Made by a program: the position numbers and the translations under genes
Assembly (NCBI GenBank): GCA_048941265.1
Contig: JBHLNT010000140.1
Location: 1 to 11,019, forward strand
Direction of reading: 5' to 3'
Origin: Promethearchaeota archaeon
Lineage (GTDB): Archaea; Asgardarchaeota; Lokiarchaeia; Sigyniarchaeales; SOKP01
DNA: 11,019 bases
Notes under the pieces: generated by a model
Told to the model about the DNA's origin: nothing
The model's input: only the letters and a program-made list of their open reading frames with translations
The model's database searches: none
Shown: positions 7,495 through 11,019 of the stretch, piece after piece
Position numbering within the stretch: position 1 is the stretch's first letter
How the letters are laid out: each line of letters opens with the position of its first letter

Positions 7495-8888
7495 GTGAAA
7501 GTGGTCCTCAAAAAATTACGGATAAAATGAGAGTCTCCTTTGCCTTCGGGGAAGTAGGTGATAATGTAGCCTTAAACATCTTTCAATTCCTAGTTTTCAC
7601 ATTTTATTTTTGCGTAGTAAAACTTCCAGTATTATGGATTAGCTTAGCTTTTGTCATTTGGAGTGTATGGAATGCATTTAACGATCCTGTAGTCGGATAT
7701 CTTTCTGATAGAACACGAAGTAAGAGAGGTCGTAGAGTTCCATGGATGATGGCTGCGATTATTCCATTAGCCGTTATTGTGATAATGTTATTTACACCTC
7801 CAATTGTTTTGAACTCCGATGTGATAAATTTCATATACTTATTAGTTGTTCTTATCGTTTTCGATACAGTCTATACCGCAGTTAATCTAAATTATAATGC
7901 ACTTTTTTCAGAAATGTTCATTGCTATGGAAGATAGAAGTAGAACAGGAAAAATCCGTATAAGTTGTGTCATGCTGGCAACCATCTTTGCTTTTGTTTTC
8001 CCCACATTTATTATTCAAGATTTGACAAATAGATATAATCGCCCTGAAACGCTAACTCAATACCAAATTACTGGAGTCTTTGCGGCAATAGTTATTCTTG
8101 TGGCGTATTTTTTCCTATTAAAGTGGGGCGTTCGTGAACCTAAGGAGTTTTCAAAAGATGCCGAAACTGCACTGTCTTTTACAACTACTATAAAAGCCTC
8201 TTTTAAAAACAAGTCTTTTTTATGGTTTTTATTACCCACACTGGGTACATGGATGGTTATCGGTATAACCCCAGCGTTGGCACCCCTCTTTATGACATAT
8301 GCTGTTGGAATAGAGGACTCAGAGTTAATTGGGGTAGTTCTACTCATTTTATTTCTCTCTGCTGCTGCTTCAACTCCAATATGGGAAAAAATTAGGATAA
8401 AAAAAGGTGCTCGTATGTCTGGAATGGTCGGTGTAATAGTTTGGGCTATTGGAGGTTTACTATTAGCATTTTCAACTAGCTTTGAAATGGCAGCAATAGT
8501 CGCAGTTGTAGATGGGATTGGATTAGGAGGAGGGCTCTATTTTTATGATCAATGTATAGCAGAGATCATTGACGAAGATGAAATTAATCTCGGTACTCGA
8601 AGATCTGGTATATACTATGCTGTTTTGAATTTTCTTATTAAATTTTCAGCGATTGCTAATTTTATAATCATTGGTATAGTATTTTCAAGCACCGATTGGC
8701 AAACATACACACCAAATCCTGGAGTGGATACCATATTTGCACTTCGATTTCTGATGGGTATTTTTCCTCTCATTCTTCTTATAATATCCTTTATAGGATT
8801 GTATTTCTATCCTATACATGGAGAACGTTTAATGGAAAATAGAAAGAAACTTACGGAGTTACATAAGCAAAAAGGAATTAGTTCATAA
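7485..8888 (+). CDS. MFS transporter, glycoside-pentoside-hexuronide (GPH; MelB/MFSD2-like) family
   Basis: About 12 TM segments; WNAFNDPVVGYLSDRTRSKRGRRVPW, FKNKSF, IIDEDEINLGTRRSGIYY and C-terminal FYPI motifs. Confidence 0.92.
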   Translation: MSESESGPQKITDKMRVSFAFGEVGDNVALNIFQFLVFTFYFCVVKLPVLWISLAFVIWSVWNAFNDPVVGYLSDRTRSKRGRRVPWMMAAIIPLAVIVIMLFTPPIVLNSDVINFIYLLVVLIVFDTVYTAVNLNYNALFSEMFIAMEDRSRTGKIRISCVMLATIFAFVFPTFIIQDLTNRYNRPETLTQYQITGVFAAIVILVAYFFLLKWGVREPKEFSKDAETALSFTTTIKASFKNKSFLWFLLPTLGTWMVIGITPALAPLFMTYAVGIEDSELIGVVLLILFLSAAASTPIWEKIRIKKGARMSGMVGVIVWAIGGLLLAFSTSFEMAAIVAVVDGIGLGGGLYFYDQCIAEIIDEDEINLGTRRSGIYYAVLNFLIKFSAIANFIIIGIVFSSTDWQTYTPNPGVDTIFALRFLMGIFPLILLIISFIGLYFYPIHGERLMENRKKLTELHKQKGISS

Positions 8889-8903
8889 AATAATTTATTT
8901 TTA

Positions 8904-8913
8904 TTTTTTTTTT
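8904..8913 (+). terminator. Oligo-T terminator (T10)
   Basis: T-run starting 16 nt after the TAA ending at 8888. Confidence 0.6.
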
Positions 8914-8925
8914 GTTCTATTTTTA

Positions 8926-9009
8926 TTAAAGATTCATGTAGGTCTTAGGATTATTGAAATGATAATAAGTAATAATTTAATTTAAAATAAGTTGATTCTA
9001 TGGGTGAAA
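8926..9009 (+). repeat. Promoter-to-start cassette, copy 2 (degenerate TATA)
   Basis: 8944-9009 aligns without gaps to 10649-10714 at 55/66 identities by hand count, including the ATG (9000 vs 10705). Confidence 0.8.
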
Positions 9010-9189
9010 TCAGTACTTAAAGAGTTTCTATAGGGATAATAGTAGCCTTTTAATTGGTGTTTATCCTTTCAAAGTTCTGATTATCACCTTTAAAACAATG
9101 TATTTTTATCCTATCCCAGGAGAGCGCGTAATGGAAATAGAAGGTAGCTAACCGAATTACATGAACAAAATAGAAGTAATCTAAAATAA
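9000..9189 (+). pseudogene. Internally deleted GPH-family MFS transporter pseudogene (start codon joined to a C-terminal remnant)
   Basis: 9047-9136 reads LLIGVYPFKVLIITFKTMYFYPIPGERVME versus FLMGIFPLILLIISFIGLYFYPIHGERLME in the upstream gene (8748-8837), 17/30 identical. After a 1-nt deletion at about 9137 it reads RR*LTELHEQNRSNLK* versus RKKLTELHKQKGISS*. The ATG at 9000 gives only MGEIST* (to 9020). Confidence 0.85.
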
Positions 9190-9214
9190 AACTACTTTCT
9201 AAATTAATTCACTA

Positions 9215-9231
9215 TTTTTCTTTCCTCTTTT
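9215..9231 (+). terminator. Pyrimidine-rich terminator-like tract after the pseudogene
   Basis: TTTTTCTTTCCTCTTTT about 25 nt after the relic stop codon at 9189. Confidence 0.4.
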
Positions 9232-9311
9232 AAATATTATGATAGAATATCCTCTCAACCATTAAAAATTTTTAAAATGATTTTAATTAAGTTTTAGATT
9301 ACAACAGTATA

Positions 9312-10523
9312 ATGATTAGTCAAAATATACAAGTGTATAGATATCGTTGGATTGTGTTGTTATTGTTCTTTTTCACAAATGTGGTATCTAACATGCTTTG
9401 GACCACTTATGCTCCTGTTACCTCACATGCGATGGAATTCTACGGTGTTGATGAATTTTATATAATTTTAATATCACTTATGTTTTTAATCATATATATT
9501 CCAGTAACTTTTCTTGCATCATGGCTAATAGATAAATATGATTTCAAAGTGGGAGCGGGAATTGGAGCCCTACTAATGGGTGTATTTGGCTTTCTACGTT
9601 TTATTGCGGATAATAATTATGTCCTTGCTTTACTATTTAGTGTTGGAATAGCAATTGCGCAGCCCTTTCTCTTGAATACTATAACTAAACTATCAGCAAA
9701 TTGGTTTCCCGATAAAGAACGTACTACTGCTACGGGGATTTCATTAATTGCCACCTCTATAGGTATTGCATTGGGAATGATTGTCACACCAATCTTAGTT
9801 TTAGGAATTAATTTTAGAAGCATGCTCTTTATATATGGAACCTTGGCACTTACCTCAAGTTCATTATTCTTATTATTTGCAAAAAGTAAACCACCAACAC
9901 CACCTATGTCTAATTTGACTACTGACAGAGTTTTTATGTTTGAAGGACTGAAAATGCTCTTTTCAAACCGTAATTTTATGATTTTAGCTATTATCTTTTT
10001 TCTCTCAATGGGAGTTTTTAATATGATTATGACATATATAGAGCTTATTGTAATCCCACGGGGTCATGATTCGATATTTGCTGGAATTCTGGGGATGCTA
10101 ATAATACTAGGTGGAATAGTTGGTACAATTCTAATGTCTGTATTGTCCGATTTCTTAAATAAAAGAAAAATTATTATGATAAGCTCACTTTCTATCGCGT
10201 CAGTCTCACTTTTAATATTTTCTTTAACTTCTGATGAGATCTTATTATTAATATCGGGCTTTTTTTTTGGATTTGGATTAATGGGTGCAGGACCCTTGGC
10301 ATTAGAATATGCGGTTGATGCAACTAAGCCTGTTCCAGAGGCAAGCTCAAATGGGATATTAATGATGGTTGGATCGCTAGGTGGAATTGTTCTGATAATA
10401 AGTTTAGAGAATATTAAGATTTCAGGTGATTATTTCCCTGCTTTACTTATTCAAACTATTTTTCTCGCATTTTGCTTCTTTTTAGCTTTTTTTGCAAAAG
10501 AATTTAAAGTAAGAGTAGACTAA
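9312..10523 (+). CDS. MFS transporter, FLVCR/SLC49-like
   Basis: About 12 TM segments; YRYRWIVL start, LWTTYAP, FYGV, YIPVTFLASWLIDK, QPFLLNTITKLSANWFPDKERTTA, KPPTPP after TM6, and LEYAVDATKPVPEASSNG, all matching the FLVCR/SLC49 pattern as recalled. Confidence 0.85.
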   Translation: MISQNIQVYRYRWIVLLLFFFTNVVSNMLWTTYAPVTSHAMEFYGVDEFYIILISLMFLIIYIPVTFLASWLIDKYDFKVGAGIGALLMGVFGFLRFIADNNYVLALLFSVGIAIAQPFLLNTITKLSANWFPDKERTTATGISLIATSIGIALGMIVTPILVLGINFRSMLFIYGTLALTSSSLFLLFAKSKPPTPPMSNLTTDRVFMFEGLKMLFSNRNFMILAIIFFLSMGVFNMIMTYIELIVIPRGHDSIFAGILGMLIILGGIVGTILMSVLSDFLNKRKIIMISSLSIASVSLLIFSLTSDEILLLISGFFFGFGLMGAGPLALEYAVDATKPVPEASSNGILMMVGSLGGIVLIISLENIKISGDYFPALLIQTIFLAFCFFLAFFAKEFKVRVD

Positions 10524-10617
10524 AAATTAAGTTTAACTCTAATGATTACAATCGAATTTAGTTTACCAAATAAAAGTCATCATATACAAAACAGAATTAG
10601 TCTTTGATAGAACTTAC

Positions 10618-10629
10618 TTTTATTTTTTT
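10618..10629 (+). terminator. Possible oligo-T terminator
   Basis: TTTTATTTTTTT directly before the next promoter cassette, about 95 nt after the stop at 10523. Confidence 0.35.
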
Positions 10630-10631
10630 AG

Positions 10632-10714
10632 TTGAAGATTTAAATATACTTATGATTATTGAAATGATGACAAGTAATCATACAATTTATAAAAGGTTGA
10701 TTATATGAGTGAAA
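10632..10714 (+). promoter_or_regulatory. Promoter-to-start cassette, copy 3
   Basis: TTGAAGATTTAAAT at 10632, 73 nt before ATG 10705; SD-like GGTTGAT; homologous to copies 1 and 2. Confidence 0.65.
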
Positions 10715-11019
10715 AAGAAATACAAATTTATGGTTTTCGCTGGATTGTACTTTTATTATTCATGTTTGCGAATATGACAGTACAAATTCTATGGATAAGC
10801 TATGCCTCAGTAACTACTTATGCGACAGCCTTCTATGGAGTTGATGAAATAGAAATTTTTCTCTTATCTGCAATTTTTATGATAGTCTATATTCCAGTCA
10901 CCTTTCTTGCATCATGGTCAATTGAAAAATATGATTTTAAAGTTGGAGCGGGGATTGGAGCTATGTTAGCAGGTATATTTGGCTTCTTACGATTTTTGGC
11001 TGGCCCTAGTTTTATATTA
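10705..11019 (+). CDS. Second FLVCR/SLC49-like MFS transporter, 3'-truncated by the window (absent from the ORF track)
   Basis: Open for 105 codons to the window end: MSEKEIQIYGFRWIVLLLFMFANMTVQILWISYASVTTYATAFYGVDEIEIFLLSAIFMIVYIPVTFLASWSIEKYDFKVGAGIGAMLAGIFGFLRFLAGPSFIL; 65/105 identical to the 9312 protein by hand alignment without gaps. Confidence 0.92.
   Translation, partial: MSEKEIQIYGFRWIVLLLFMFANMTVQILWISYASVTTYATAFYGVDEIEIFLLSAIFMIVYIPVTFLASWSIEKYDFKVGAGIGAMLAGIFGFLRFLAGPSFIL

Noticed and set aside
7604-8347. 76-aa and 96-aa minus-strand ORFs
   Set aside because: Antisense to the GPH transporter.
9030-9116. Possible alternative hairpins (AGGGATAA pairing with TTATCC repeats) suggesting a riboswitch or attenuator
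   Set aside because: The TTATCC repeats are explained by Tyr-Pro codons of the pseudogene, and the pairing is weak.
9131-9184. Micro-ORFs MEIEGS and MNKIEVI with an AGGAG upstream
   Set aside because: By-products of the frameshifted pseudogene; AGGAG comes from the Pro-Gly-Glu codons.
9617-9823. 68-aa minus-strand ORF
   Set aside because: Antisense to the FLVCR-like transporter.
10542-10607. 21-codon ORF MITIEFSLPNKSHHIQNRISL
   Set aside because: No SD, no similarity to neighbouring genes that I can see, and a length expected by chance.
1-11019. CRISPR array, tRNA/rRNA, transposase, integrase or defence genes
   Set aside because: No regularly spaced repeats, GC-rich structured segments or relevant protein motifs were seen.

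Overview
AT-rich (roughly 30% GC by eye) archaeal chromosomal segment, most likely Asgard (Lokiarchaeia/Promethearchaeia). The lineage call rests on a Loki-CTERM-like VPGYD sorting signal, oligo-T terminators, BRE/TATA-type promoters and GTGAT/GAGGT-type ribosome-binding sites. Gene order: 5'-truncated HdrD/GlpC-like CCG-domain Fe-S protein (+), small membrane protein (+), acyl-CoA dehydrogenase (+), PPC-repeat surface protein (+), beta-rich hypothetical protein (-), myo-inositol 2-dehydrogenase iolG (-), then a divergent MFS transporter array (+). The array holds a GPH/MelB-type gene, a collapsed GPH pseudogene not in the ORF track (9000-9189), and two tandem FLVCR/SLC49-like genes, the second missing from the ORF track and cut by the window end. 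The best sequence-level discoveries are the hidden pseudogene and a ~80-bp promoter-to-start-codon cassette present three times in front of transporters from two different MFS families. The gene set as a whole is compatible with a phospholipid or head-group scavenging locus, which is speculative. No rRNA, tRNA, CRISPR array or transposase was found.
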